Position numbers and translations under genes: made by a program. From contig CAZFPJ010000003.1 of the NCBI GenBank assembly GCA_964521095.1, forward strand, positions 12,350 through 76,349: a DNA stretch of 64,000 nucleotides, in the 5' to 3' direction. Numbering within the stretch: the first letter of the stretch is position 1; each line of letters begins with the position of its first letter. The DNA is from an uncultured Candidatus Saccharibacteria bacterium (GTDB lineage Bacteria > Patescibacteriota > Saccharimonadia > Saccharimonadales > 2-12-FULL-41-12). The notes beneath the pieces are model-generated. The model did no database searches. It was not told the DNA's origin and worked only from the letters and a program-made list of their open reading frames with translations. Below, piece after piece: positions 42,570-52,232 of the stretch.

Positions 42570-43634
42570 TTAACCTCTCATTAGCCTGTCTAATTCTTCG
42601 ATATCAACTGCAAAATTACGCGCTTCGTCGTAGGTAATAGTACCAGCATGGATTAGGCTAACCAGCGTCTTGTCCATAGACTGCATGCCATGCTCGGCAC
42701 CGGTCTGGATAACAGCGTCAAGCTGGTGGCTCTTGCCCTCGCGGATAATGTTGCGAACAGCTGGTGTCGCTACCAAAATCTCGGCGGCGGCGACTCGCCC
42801 ACCACCAATGGTTGGCACCAAGCGCTGAGCACAAATACCCATCAAAATATTGGACAACTGCGCCCTAACCTGTGGCTGTTGGTGTGGCGGAAAAACATCT
42901 ATCATACGGTCTATACTCTGGGCTGCAGAGTTGGTGTGCAAGGTCGCAAATACCAAGTGCCCTGTTTCGGCAATAGTAATGGCGGCCGCGATGGTCTCTA
43001 GGTCGCGCATCTCGCCAATAAGTACTACATCTGGATCTTGCCTAAGGCTACTGCGCAGGGCAGCCGAGAACGAGTATGTGTCGTAGTGGACTTCCCTCTG
43101 AACAATCACCGACTTTTGGCTCTTGTGAGTAAACTCTATCGGGTCCTCGATGGTAACAATGTGTGCTGCGCGCTCGCTGTTGATTTTGTGCACCAACCCG
43201 GCCAGAGTTGTCGACTTACCCGAACCAGTCGGACCGGTTACCAGCACCAGCCCACGAGGGTATTCGGCAAAACCGCTCACAACCTTTGGCAGACCAAGCT
43301 GTTCTATGGTCAAAAGCTCATTTGGGATAAGCCGAAGAGCGGCAGCCAAGTTGCCTCTCTCGTGAAAGGCATTGACACGAAACCGACCAAGACTGCCAAA
43401 GGCAAAGCTAAAGTCGAACTCTTTGTCTTTTAGCAAAATCTGCTTTTGCTCGTCATCTAAAATGGCAAAAATAAGCGTTTCTACCATTTCTTCGGTTAGT
43501 GGTTGTCCACCAGTAACTGGGGTTAACGAGCCGTCTATCCGGAGCATCGGTGGCAAACCTACCTGCAAATGAAGGTCAGATGCCTTCTTTTTGATGACTT
43601 CTTCGAGTAATAATTCTATTTTTATCTCTGACAT
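42570..43634 (-). CDS. pilT: Type IV pilus retraction ATPase PilT
   Basis: 354 aa. Walker A GPTGSGKST, the Asp and His boxes, and AVRNIIREGKSHQL (PilT AIRNLIRE motif). Confidence 0.9.
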   Translation of the reverse strand: MSEIKIELLLEEVIKKKASDLHLQVGLPPMLRIDGSLTPVTGGQPLTEEMVETLIFAILDDEQKQILLKDKEFDFSFAFGSLGRFRVNAFHERGNLAAALRLIPNELLTIEQLGLPKVVSGFAEYPRGLVLVTGPTGSGKSTTLAGLVHKINSERAAHIVTIEDPIEFTHKSQKSVIVQREVHYDTYSFSAALRSSLRQDPDVVLIGEMRDLETIAAAITIAETGHLVFATLHTNSAAQSIDRMIDVFPPHQQPQVRAQLSNILMGICAQRLVPTIGGGRVAAAEILVATPAVRNIIREGKSHQLDAVIQTGAEHGMQSMDKTLVSLIHAGTITYDEARNFAVDIEELDRLMRG

Positions 43635-43651
43635 ATATCCACCCTTATAAT

Positions 43652-45457
43652 TTATATACTTCCCTCGGCAGCAACTCGGTTAACCTCTTCTATGCTAGTT
43701 AGCCCCTCTAGTGTTTTAAAGTAGCCGTCTTGGCGCATAGAGATCATCCCCTCGGACTGAGCCACCCTTTGGATCTCGCTAGAAGTTGCTTGTTTCAAGA
43801 TCAACTGCTGAATCGCTTCGCTAACCTCAAAAACTTCGTACAAACCCATTCTGCCCTTGTACCCCCCTGGAGTTTCAGGTCCGTCCTGAGCTCTGTACAA
43901 AGTATAAGCGTTATCCGTGGCTAGTGGCAAGGTTTTATAACCTAAATCTTCAGCACGAGGGGCTCGCTCGGCCTCGGTCTTGGGTAATAAGCCACCTACG
44001 CTGTTCAATATTGCGGCTTTTTCGGCCGAGTCAGACTGGTATGGCTCTTTGCCCTTGTCGGATATGCGTCGCACCAACCGTTGACCAATTACAGTATGTA
44101 CTGTAGAGGCAATCAAAAACGGCTCTATACCCATGTCTAGCAGACGAGGCAAAATACCCGCTGCCGAGTTGGTGTGGAGCGTACTAAACACCAAGTGCCC
44201 AGTCAGAGCAGCTTGCACGGCCAGGGTTGCCGTTTCTTTGTCGCGAATCTCACCCACCATAACTACATCTGGGTCTTGTCGCAAGATAGACCGTAGGCCC
44301 GACGCAAACGACAAGCCAACCTCGGCGTTTACCTGTATCTGGTTAATGCCATCCATCTTGTACTCTACCGGATCTTCTAGAGTAACAATATTGATCGTGT
44401 CGTTTTTAATCTCCTGAATTAGCGCATAAAGCGAGGTCGACTTACCCGAACCAGTCGGACCAGAAGTGAGGATCATGCCGTTTGGCTTTGTTAGTCCTTT
44501 TCGGATTGTCCGCAGGGCCCGCCCTCGGTAGCCCATGTCCTCTAGCTTGAGGCTGGTTCCGGACTTATCCAAAAGACGAATCACCACTTGCTCGCCCCAC
44601 ACAACCGGACTCACCGCAATTCGCAGGTCAATAGGATTGCCGGCTACCACCACTGTAAATTGGCCGTCTTGCGGTATTCTGTGTTCATCTATCTTGAGGT
44701 TGCTTAATATCTTTATTCGCGAAATCAGTGGCGGTTCGGTACTTTTGGGTAGCTTCATAATCTCTCGCAAAACGCCGTCTATTCGGCAACGAATTTTAAG
44801 CTCTTTTTCGAGTGGCTCGATGTGTATATCGCTAGCTCGATTTTTGGCAGCATACTCTAAAATGGTCGAAAGAGCCTTGCTAATTGGCGAGTCCTGAACA
44901 ATAGTCTTGATGTTTTTGTTGGCACCGGCTTGAGCTTGGCCAGCTGTCTGCACAACTTCAACCTTGCCTTCTGTCAGTTCGGTACCAATAGTCTTGGCAA
45001 CATCTGCCTCTACATCTTCGTCGTACTGCTTTAGAACTCGACGAATACCATCTTCGCTAGCAGTATAAACTTTGAGCGACCGGCCAATCCGATTAGACAA
45101 AAAGTCAACTGCCTGCACATTGTCGGCGTCTAGCATGGCCACCACCAACCTCTGTTGAATCTGCCCCAATGGCACTGCCATATATCGCTCGGCAATATCT
45201 TTTGGTAGCAAGCGCAGGACATCTCGTTCTATCCGCGCATCGGACAAATTTACATACGGCACTTTGTTTATCTTTGCGATGAGCTTGGTCAGCACTTCGT
45301 TAGAAACATGTCCGTCGCTAACCAGCAGGCCAAAAAACGGCTCCGACTCTTTTTCGGACTTATCACGGATTTTGTCCAAAAGTGCTTGAGTAATAAACCC
45401 CTCGTCTACAAGAGATTTTTCTACAAGTTTTTGGTTGTCTTCCGAGAGTACGCCCAT
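43652..45457 (-). CDS. pilB: Type IV pilus assembly ATPase (GspE/PilB family)
   Basis: 601 aa. N-terminal T2SE_N-like domain, Walker A GPTGSGKST, and Walker B/Asp box (DPDVVMVGEIRD). Confidence 0.9.
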   Translation of the reverse strand: MGVLSEDNQKLVEKSLVDEGFITQALLDKIRDKSEKESEPFFGLLVSDGHVSNEVLTKLIAKINKVPYVNLSDARIERDVLRLLPKDIAERYMAVPLGQIQQRLVVAMLDADNVQAVDFLSNRIGRSLKVYTASEDGIRRVLKQYDEDVEADVAKTIGTELTEGKVEVVQTAGQAQAGANKNIKTIVQDSPISKALSTILEYAAKNRASDIHIEPLEKELKIRCRIDGVLREIMKLPKSTEPPLISRIKILSNLKIDEHRIPQDGQFTVVVAGNPIDLRIAVSPVVWGEQVVIRLLDKSGTSLKLEDMGYRGRALRTIRKGLTKPNGMILTSGPTGSGKSTSLYALIQEIKNDTINIVTLEDPVEYKMDGINQIQVNAEVGLSFASGLRSILRQDPDVVMVGEIRDKETATLAVQAALTGHLVFSTLHTNSAAGILPRLLDMGIEPFLIASTVHTVIGQRLVRRISDKGKEPYQSDSAEKAAILNSVGGLLPKTEAERAPRAEDLGYKTLPLATDNAYTLYRAQDGPETPGGYKGRMGLYEVFEVSEAIQQLILKQATSSEIQRVAQSEGMISMRQDGYFKTLEGLTSIEEVNRVAAEGSI

Positions 45458-45469
45458 TACCCGGCGCCC

Positions 45470-45706
45470 CTAAAATGGATTGGTGTTAGAGCCGTCACCA
45501 ATCTGGATTAACTTGGTTGGGTTAATTGCATTTTCGTTAAACACATTTGGATCAGGCTTTTGAAAATCGGCCGACACTGGGTCAACAACCTCTGCTTTTA
45601 GGTTGTGCTTTTTCTGTCCACCAAACATCACCTGCGACAAGCCAAAAGAGAAAACTCCTGCCACAAAGCCAGCCACTATCATAAGAGCTAGGTCATTTTT
45701 GCGCAT
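45470..45706 (-). CDS. Small single-TM protein (78 aa) between the pilO-like gene and pilB
   Basis: ORF track; TM helix LALMIVAGFVAGVFSFGLSQVMF. Translationally coupled (its start abuts the stop of the upstream gene). Confidence 0.5.
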   Translation of the reverse strand: MRKNDLALMIVAGFVAGVFSFGLSQVMFGGQKKHNLKAEVVDPVSADFQKPDPNVFNENAINPTKLIQIGDGSNTNPF

Positions 45707-46380
45707 TATTTTACAACCTCCTTACGAACATTTAGTGTCTTCTCTGGTTGGAAATATGTCTTAAGAGTTAGCGAAACTTTTAGCTGGTCCTTTTGGCCGT
45801 TAACAGTAACTTTGCTAACTTGCATAGGTCGAATCGACCGCTCAAACAACTGCACAAAGCTCTCTGCTCCACCAGAGCCAACGCTAGCCTCTACCACAAA
45901 AGGTATCTCGACTGGCTGTGTTGTACCCGTATTTTTAGGCGTAGACTGCGCAACTTCGTCGTCTGTACCCGTCAAGGCAGTCAAGGCTATACTGTTGTCC
46001 TTTAGCATTTTTTCTACGCTGGTAGCCAGGGCTGGAAAGTCGTATTTACTAGGCAAGGCGTCCAGCACAATCCGGGCGTTTTCGCCGTCACGATCTCCAG
46101 CACCCTTGGGGTTGCCACCCAAAATATTCTCGGGTGTGTTGGCAAATTCTTGGTACGAGGTGTTCAGCTTTTTGGCAGATTCTATGTTTTGCTCCATCTG
46201 TTTTTTGGCTTTTTGTTGCTTGCTTATAACTTTTAGCTGGTAGTTGCCTTGGCTCACTAATGCCTTAATACCAATTAGCGAAAATACTGCTATGAATGTA
46301 GCCACGCAAACCGCCACCAACAGCGTACTATGGGCTTTGTCTATGGCAACTCGTTTAAGAGATAGTTGTGGGCGAGCCAT
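45706..46380 (-). CDS. PilO-like pilus assembly protein
   Basis: Single TM helix, a coiled-coil segment, then a soluble domain. Position after the pilN-like gene; assigned by architecture and synteny. Confidence 0.5.
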   Translation of the reverse strand: MARPQLSLKRVAIDKAHSTLLVAVCVATFIAVFSLIGIKALVSQGNYQLKVISKQQKAKKQMEQNIESAKKLNTSYQEFANTPENILGGNPKGAGDRDGENARIVLDALPSKYDFPALATSVEKMLKDNSIALTALTGTDDEVAQSTPKNTGTTQPVEIPFVVEASVGSGGAESFVQLFERSIRPMQVSKVTVNGQKDQLKVSLTLKTYFQPEKTLNVRKEVVK

Positions 46381-47126
46381 TAGTTAGTTCCCTCCGTTTT
46401 TGGTGCTGGCTGAGACTGACTGTCAAACAATACAGCTGGCTGTTCTGTAGCCGAACGAGTAGTAACCTTGGTTGGTACAGTCAACTTAACTGTTGTCGAC
46501 TTGCCGTTGCCGTCTTTTACATTCTGGAAGATAACCGGGTCAAAAGAAAAGTCCAACTTGTAGCTGATTGCTTTGCCAGCTTGCGCCCCAGAGCCACCGG
46601 CTGTAGCTACGCTAAAACTACTTAGCACGACATTACTAAAGGCGTTACCCTCTTTGTTGTCGGCACCACCAGACTTAAACTTAGTAAACTTTAGGGTGTC
46701 TGCAAACTTATTAACTGTATTTAACGAATCTGCGTTGCCCTGAATACTCAAGGTACCCGCATCGATGTCTAGGGTAGCGTCAGATATAGTCGCCTGCGCG
46801 GGTGTAACTTGCTTAAGATACTCAAACAGCCTAGAAGTAATGGACTTTTTGTCGTGCAAACCGGGCAAGCTCTTTAGCTGGTTTTGTACGGTCAAAATCT
46901 TGTCTAGGTTTTCGATCTTGTTAATCTCTTTTGTTTGGTTAACTATATCTTTACTGTTGTTCTTCATCTGATGTGGTTGGACAACTTTTACCACCACAGC
47001 CGAGACAACCAACAAGGCTATAAACACCGACGAAACGATCACCGAAATTGTTACGGCCATGCGCTGGCGATACCTAGACTTTAGGTATTCAATCTTTACA
47101 TCTGGTAGCAAGTTAAACTGAATCAT
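46380..47126 (-). CDS. pilN: PilN-like pilus assembly protein
   Basis: N-terminal IQFNLLPD (the PilN INLLP motif) followed by one TM helix. Confidence 0.65.
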   Translation of the reverse strand: MIQFNLLPDVKIEYLKSRYRQRMAVTISVIVSSVFIALLVVSAVVVKVVQPHQMKNNSKDIVNQTKEINKIENLDKILTVQNQLKSLPGLHDKKSITSRLFEYLKQVTPAQATISDATLDIDAGTLSIQGNADSLNTVNKFADTLKFTKFKSGGADNKEGNAFSNVVLSSFSVATAGGSGAQAGKAISYKLDFSFDPVIFQNVKDGNGKSTTVKLTVPTKVTTRSATEQPAVLFDSQSQPAPKTEGTN

Positions 47127-48163
47127 TCGTTTCTCCCTGCAAGACCCGAAGCCACCCCAAAATGATTGCTCACCGCCATTAGCTCATTTTGTCGCTCCGC
47201 GCCGTATTGTACATTTTGCCAAGCGTTGCCAATCTCGACATTTATGCCAAATTTGTTGGCAATATGTAGTGGGAATTCTGGTAAGGCCGACGCACCACCA
47301 GTCATGATAATCTTTTCTATCTTTACTCCGTTATAGCGAGATTCAAAAAACTTAATCGACTTGTCTATGTCGCTCATTAGCAAGTCCACGACACCAATTA
47401 TTGCGTGGTACACCTGCCCCTCTAGCTTTTGCTCGCTCAGACCAAACTTAAACACAAATTCTTGGGCCTGCTTTTGCTCGATATTCAAGTTCTGCATAGC
47501 CGACTTTACAATAGCGTCAGAACCAGTCGGCATAGAACGCGTCAGTCGTGGCGCACCGTTCATAGTTACTACCAAGTCTGTACTTTGCCCACCAATATCT
47601 AGCACCATGCACGGAGCAATATAGTTAGCCGGCAAAATTGCTCTGGTTAGTGCCAAGTTATCTGGCTCAAAAGCAATTACATTAAGCCCAATCGACTCTA
47701 GCAAGTCCAGTCGTGCCTCTATAAAGTCGTTTGGCACACTAGAAAGTAGCACCTCAACCTTGTTGGCATCTTTTGGCGAATCGCCTATCACTGCCCAGTC
47801 TATTTTGCTCTCTGCTATTGGAGTTGGGATCAACGCATCTGCCTGAAAACGGATGGTCTGTGCTAACTCCTGAGGGCTTAGGCGCTCTATGTCTACCACT
47901 GTTGTAAATACTTTTTGGCTAGGCAAGCCAACTGCTACATTTTTAGTAGTAATCCCGGCAGCGGACAAAACCTCTAACAACTTCTGACCCAGCTTTTGCT
48001 GGTCGCCTTTGGCGTCGCTTTGGCTAATCTTTTGGTCTATTGGCGCAATGCTGTAGCGCAAAAGCTGTTTAATCCGCGCATCATTGCTTAGCTGTACGGC
48101 TCGAATAGCCGAAGTGCCAATGTCTAGGCCAAAAAACTCCGATACCCCACTCAGTAAACTCAT
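47123..48163 (-). CDS. pilM: Type IV pilus assembly protein PilM (actin-like ATPase fold)
   Basis: FGLDIGTSAIRAVQL and a later DIGGQSTDL phosphate-binding motif. 4-nt overlap with pilN. Confidence 0.85.
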   Translation of the reverse strand: MSLLSGVSEFFGLDIGTSAIRAVQLSNDARIKQLLRYSIAPIDQKISQSDAKGDQQKLGQKLLEVLSAAGITTKNVAVGLPSQKVFTTVVDIERLSPQELAQTIRFQADALIPTPIAESKIDWAVIGDSPKDANKVEVLLSSVPNDFIEARLDLLESIGLNVIAFEPDNLALTRAILPANYIAPCMVLDIGGQSTDLVVTMNGAPRLTRSMPTGSDAIVKSAMQNLNIEQKQAQEFVFKFGLSEQKLEGQVYHAIIGVVDLLMSDIDKSIKFFESRYNGVKIEKIIMTGGASALPEFPLHIANKFGINVEIGNAWQNVQYGAERQNELMAVSNHFGVASGLAGRNE

Positions 48164-48273
48164 ATTATCTGTTTAATTTAACCTGTTTATATATGTTCTC
48201 AGTATAGCATAACCGCTTTTATATGCTACATTTTTGAGTTACAAAAACTGCAAAAACCAACAATCATGCAATA

Positions 48274-48537
48274 TTAGCCATACAACTGGCTATGTGAGCC
48301 AATAAAAGCAAAGATTATTATGGTCGAACCCTGCTTTCTGTACAAAGCCCTAACATCGCCCGTCACATTGATACTTCGGTACCCTCCATATTTCCCCGAC
48401 AAAGCATGATTTTTTAACACATAATTATATTCATCGACAGAAAGCACCTTAACCCTGGCAAGAAACTGAAGCTGAGTCTTCCGTGGTAACTTTTTGTACT
48501 GCTTACGAAACTTACTGCTTGTTCTTATCTCTATCAT
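48274..48537 (-). CDS. Type II toxin, RelE/YafQ/ParE superfamily
   Basis: 87 aa; F.KQYKKL......F..........H.L.G...G.RS..V..D.R..Y pattern. Overlaps the upstream antitoxin by 26 nt. Confidence 0.7.
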   Translation of the reverse strand: MIEIRTSSKFRKQYKKLPRKTQLQFLARVKVLSVDEYNYVLKNHALSGKYGGYRSINVTGDVRALYRKQGSTIIIFAFIGSHSQLYG

Positions 48538-48802
48538 TTTTTTCCAAATAAGAGATGAACTCCTCTACGCTAAACGGACCTATTGTCTCGCCATTTGCAA
48601 TCTCTCGTTCTGCCTCAGCAATAATCCGTTCCATCTGTGGAGTCATGGGCTCGGGAGCATATAATTCGATACGGCGAGTGTTAGCCAGCTGATGTAAGTA
48701 TGTATTAACTAGAGTGCTCAAACTCATGCCGGTACTCCTGGCTATCTCTTGAGCCGTCTTCTTTACATCTTCGTCTACTTTTACGCTAATTGTTGTCTTC
48801 AT
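48512..48802 (-). CDS. Type II antitoxin, RelB/DinJ-like ribbon-helix-helix
   Basis: 96 aa; N-terminal MKTTISVKVDEDVKKTAQEIA (RHH beta-strand + helix). Confidence 0.65.
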   Translation of the reverse strand: MKTTISVKVDEDVKKTAQEIARSTGMSLSTLVNTYLHQLANTRRIELYAPEPMTPQMERIIAEAEREIANGETIGPFSVEEFISYLEKNDRDKNKQ

Positions 48803-48849
48803 AGTATTACAAAGTATACACTTCGTAATACCCCTCGGTCAATCAGCGT

Positions 48850-51657
48850 CTACAAAATAGGGGGCATGGTCAGGATGCTTTGGTATGTACCAGTACCTGG
48901 GCCAGACTTTGGTTGAACAGCTGGGCGAGCCAGGTACATCTCTGGGCTAAAGTTAAAGACTTCTCCAGCCTTGGCATTGCCTGCTGTTTCCCGGAATGTG
49001 CCGTCACTAATAGTATTGGCAGTTCTCAAGAAGCGGATGGTCTTGGCTAAGAACTGTCCATTAATGGTTAGTTTTGTTTGGCAACTACTCCACAGAGTTC
49101 CTCCTGGTATAGCTGGAGCACTACCGCCTGGCGCACAGGTATAAATTTCTCCTCCAGAGCCATCGGCTTTGGGCTGGGCAATATACCGGCCATCTAGCTG
49201 GGTTACACCTGGAGCAATATAGATGTTACCTTTTACCACTAGGTTAAAGAACGGTATTTCATCAATGTTAGCCCAATCAGTATCGCCATAGAAAATGTTG
49301 CTAGCTATATACACATTGCCATCTACAAAGACAGAGTGTTGGCCATTAAAATCACCACCGTTTAAGGTTAATGTACCGCCAGTAGGCGTAACAACTGTTT
49401 GGTTGTTGTCTGCCAAATCCGTTACCGATAGTGAACTGTCTATGCTGTTAGTTTTCATGCTAGAACCGTCAGGATACTGGTCATTGGTATAAAAATCTGC
49501 ATTACAATCTACCAGCCCATAACCTCCGTTATTGGGAGGACTGTTGCCAAAGGTGAGTTTATTGGAACTAGCCGGATCGCCCGCTCCCTTCAAAAACAAC
49601 GACTTAAAACCACCTATACTACCCGTAGCGTAGGCCCCCAGTTGCGTGCCAGAGCCACCCCGTTTGGTATTGGCGCTAATACTGCCCGAGCCACCGCTAC
49701 CACCACACCAACCCCCACCTGCTCCCACATCCGCCCCAAAGACACTAACATACGGCTTATTGGTAACTGTGTCGCAACTACTAATTGGTCCTGACCCAAC
49801 ACCATCAGCTACATTGTTTCCTGGCCCTATCCATCCACTCTTAAAAGCATAGTCTAAAACGGCACAAACACGATCTCCCGCTTGCCAACCAACCAATCTT
49901 ACACCGTTGGGCACAACATATTGAGATTTACTTGGGTCGCTTGCCCCTCCAACACTAACAGTGCCCGCCCACTGCCATGGAGCCCCCGAACGATCCGAAT
50001 TTGTCCCTGGCACCAAATTACCATTTCTAGTTATCTTTAGGTTGGCATTAGTAATAGGGGCATCTGTCTGGGCCTCGTTTCTGTTGATCGAACCTGTTGC
50101 GACTACCGAAGTCGGGTTTTCTGCATCATCAAGCGCCAAGTTTGCAGACGCACTAGTGTTAAATTCCTGCCAGGTGCTGACATCTTTATTGCAAGTCATT
50201 ATTGGATCTCTAAAATCATCAAACGGATCACCATCGTACTGCGAGCCATTGTATCCTGCCCCGGCAGTATTATCTTTGACCTGGTAGAAAACTTTTGCAT
50301 ATATAGAATAATGATCCCTTGTATTAGGTGCGGTCCCTAGGTCTAATGGAGCTGTTGTCTGGCCATTCTCGGATATACCTGGCAAATCAACTACTCTACC
50401 AGACAGATAAGTTCCTCCAGAATCTTCAATATACGCATATGCACGCAGTTGATATACTGTGCCGCTCGTATTTGTAATCGTAGCTGGCATACCATCTGGA
50501 AGAAGAGACGGTGTAGCCCCTGCACCAACAGTCATCGTGATAGAAAGAGGGCTATTGGCCCTCAGCGAACCATCCACAGAAGCCGGACCAGCACTCTGTA
50601 TCCCTATACTACAAACTCTTGTGGGCGGAGGTGGCTGTTGTGGCTCCCCGCCGCAAGGAGTTCCATCTTTTGGCACAGTTGGTAGGGCGTCTATTTGGTC
50701 AAAAGGTATCTGTACTTGAATAGTATTTCTGTAGTTCATTCCTCGTATATATAACTTATATATATATTTGTTATTGGCAGTAAAACTAAAATTATCCCTT
50801 TGGTCAGTACCACTATTAAAGTTATTCTTATCTCTCCAGGGATCACTGTAGGAAGGATTAGAAGCCCTATTAGCCCTTCTAATCTCCATTCCAAGATTCT
50901 GAGGGGAATAAACTCCTTGGTCCAAGTCATAGAATCGTATTGTTCTTGTATCGTTTGCGTCAAGCTCACTACATGTCGGCGCAAACTCTATTTCATAAGC
51001 CCAGGTCTCTGCACCGAGACTAGGAGCATTTCGCTGATATACGCCAAAACCATTGTTATAAGTAGAACCGATTATCGCCGTATTAATCTTTCGGCTGGCG
51101 CCTACATACGAAGATTCGTTACTTGATTTTATGACAAATGAGCGCTCATTATCTCCTGTAGCATCATTAATACGTGCTACTAATAGAAATACTCGCCATC
51201 CTTCATGTCCTACCACTTGTGATGGAATTCCGTCTGATGCTTTTATCTGAGGGAAAGTTACGGTCTCCAAGCAGCTACTTCCACCAGATTTGGTTTCATC
51301 ATATGTACCTCCAAGCCTCCTAGTAACTTCCTCTGTCGGTTCATTCTTCCCATCCCCTAAATCAATCATTTGGTAGAACACAGTTGGGCTACCTACATCA
51401 AGACCACATGCCTGATCGATTGTGACAGTTGTACTCTGGTCTAATGGTACATATATTTTAACCCATGAACGCTTGCCGTCGAACGCTCCGTTACCCACTG
51501 CATAGTGCGGACGCTGCTCGCTATCGCTTACAGTGCTCTGCCCGAACTTGGGGCCATTCTCACCAATAGGAGTGGCAGCTGAGACCTCTATGCTTGAAAA
51601 GAAAAAAATAAGACTCGCCAACCCCATGCCAAGAGCTACGAACCATCTATGCCTCAC
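48850..51657 (-). CDS. Large secreted protein of unknown function (935 aa)
   Basis: Signal peptide (...SSIEVSAATP), a poly-Pro linker (EPQQPPPPTR) and Gly-rich stretches. No recognised catalytic motif. Confidence 0.65.
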   Translation of the reverse strand: MRHRWFVALGMGLASLIFFFSSIEVSAATPIGENGPKFGQSTVSDSEQRPHYAVGNGAFDGKRSWVKIYVPLDQSTTVTIDQACGLDVGSPTVFYQMIDLGDGKNEPTEEVTRRLGGTYDETKSGGSSCLETVTFPQIKASDGIPSQVVGHEGWRVFLLVARINDATGDNERSFVIKSSNESSYVGASRKINTAIIGSTYNNGFGVYQRNAPSLGAETWAYEIEFAPTCSELDANDTRTIRFYDLDQGVYSPQNLGMEIRRANRASNPSYSDPWRDKNNFNSGTDQRDNFSFTANNKYIYKLYIRGMNYRNTIQVQIPFDQIDALPTVPKDGTPCGGEPQQPPPPTRVCSIGIQSAGPASVDGSLRANSPLSITMTVGAGATPSLLPDGMPATITNTSGTVYQLRAYAYIEDSGGTYLSGRVVDLPGISENGQTTAPLDLGTAPNTRDHYSIYAKVFYQVKDNTAGAGYNGSQYDGDPFDDFRDPIMTCNKDVSTWQEFNTSASANLALDDAENPTSVVATGSINRNEAQTDAPITNANLKITRNGNLVPGTNSDRSGAPWQWAGTVSVGGASDPSKSQYVVPNGVRLVGWQAGDRVCAVLDYAFKSGWIGPGNNVADGVGSGPISSCDTVTNKPYVSVFGADVGAGGGWCGGSGGSGSISANTKRGGSGTQLGAYATGSIGGFKSLFLKGAGDPASSNKLTFGNSPPNNGGYGLVDCNADFYTNDQYPDGSSMKTNSIDSSLSVTDLADNNQTVVTPTGGTLTLNGGDFNGQHSVFVDGNVYIASNIFYGDTDWANIDEIPFFNLVVKGNIYIAPGVTQLDGRYIAQPKADGSGGEIYTCAPGGSAPAIPGGTLWSSCQTKLTINGQFLAKTIRFLRTANTISDGTFRETAGNAKAGEVFNFSPEMYLARPAVQPKSGPGTGTYQSILTMPPIL

Positions 51658-52145
51658 AGATTTTCCTCTTGTAATTTCTGTTCATAATATTGTGCTTCAG
51701 GTTTTCGGTTTTCTGCCTTTAGCTTTACAATCAGCGTGTCTAAAGACTTCTTGTATTCAGCTTTTTTACCTTCTGCTTTGGCTATCTTCGCTCTATGAAT
51801 GTATATATCGGTAGATAATTTATCTGCTGGTACATTTGCCTCAATCTCATCTAATATTTGAGTGGCTTTTTCATAATCTCCACCCAAAATATACTCAGCG
51901 GCATAATTAAACTTTGAATACTGATAGCTATCGTAATCTTTCTCTCTTAAATTCTCTTCAATGGCCCTTTTGCCATCTAGCTCTTCCGCCTCTACTGCAG
52001 CAACTGTATTACTGACTGGGACATTCCCTTTGTCTTTTTTGTGCAATACTCCGTACAAACCCAGCAGCAATAAAACGATAACAATTACAAATATATATCT
52101 GTTGCGTGCTTTAATATGCTCTTTAATGCGAATATGTATGTTCAT
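51654..52145 (-). CDS. N-terminally anchored helical (TPR-like) protein (163 aa)
   Basis: One TM helix (YIFVIVIVLLLLGLYGVL), then helical repeats. 4-nt overlap with the downstream 935-aa gene. Confidence 0.5.
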   Translation of the reverse strand: MNIHIRIKEHIKARNRYIFVIVIVLLLLGLYGVLHKKDKGNVPVSNTVAAVEAEELDGKRAIEENLREKDYDSYQYSKFNYAAEYILGGDYEKATQILDEIEANVPADKLSTDIYIHRAKIAKAEGKKAEYKKSLDTLIVKLKAENRKPEAQYYEQKLQEENL

Positions 52146-52232
52146 AATCTACAAATACTCTTTATGTATTCTACACGAGCTAGATCATTATAAAAATACC
52201 ATTAGCACTTTAATATTAGAAGAAGGATACTC

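Noticed and set aside
39116-45511. Numerous 60-170-aa plus-strand ORFs across the pilus locus (for example 39116-39628, 43038-43433, 44535-44897)
   Set aside because: All lie antisense within well-supported minus-strand pil genes. Their translations are low-complexity and lack motifs.
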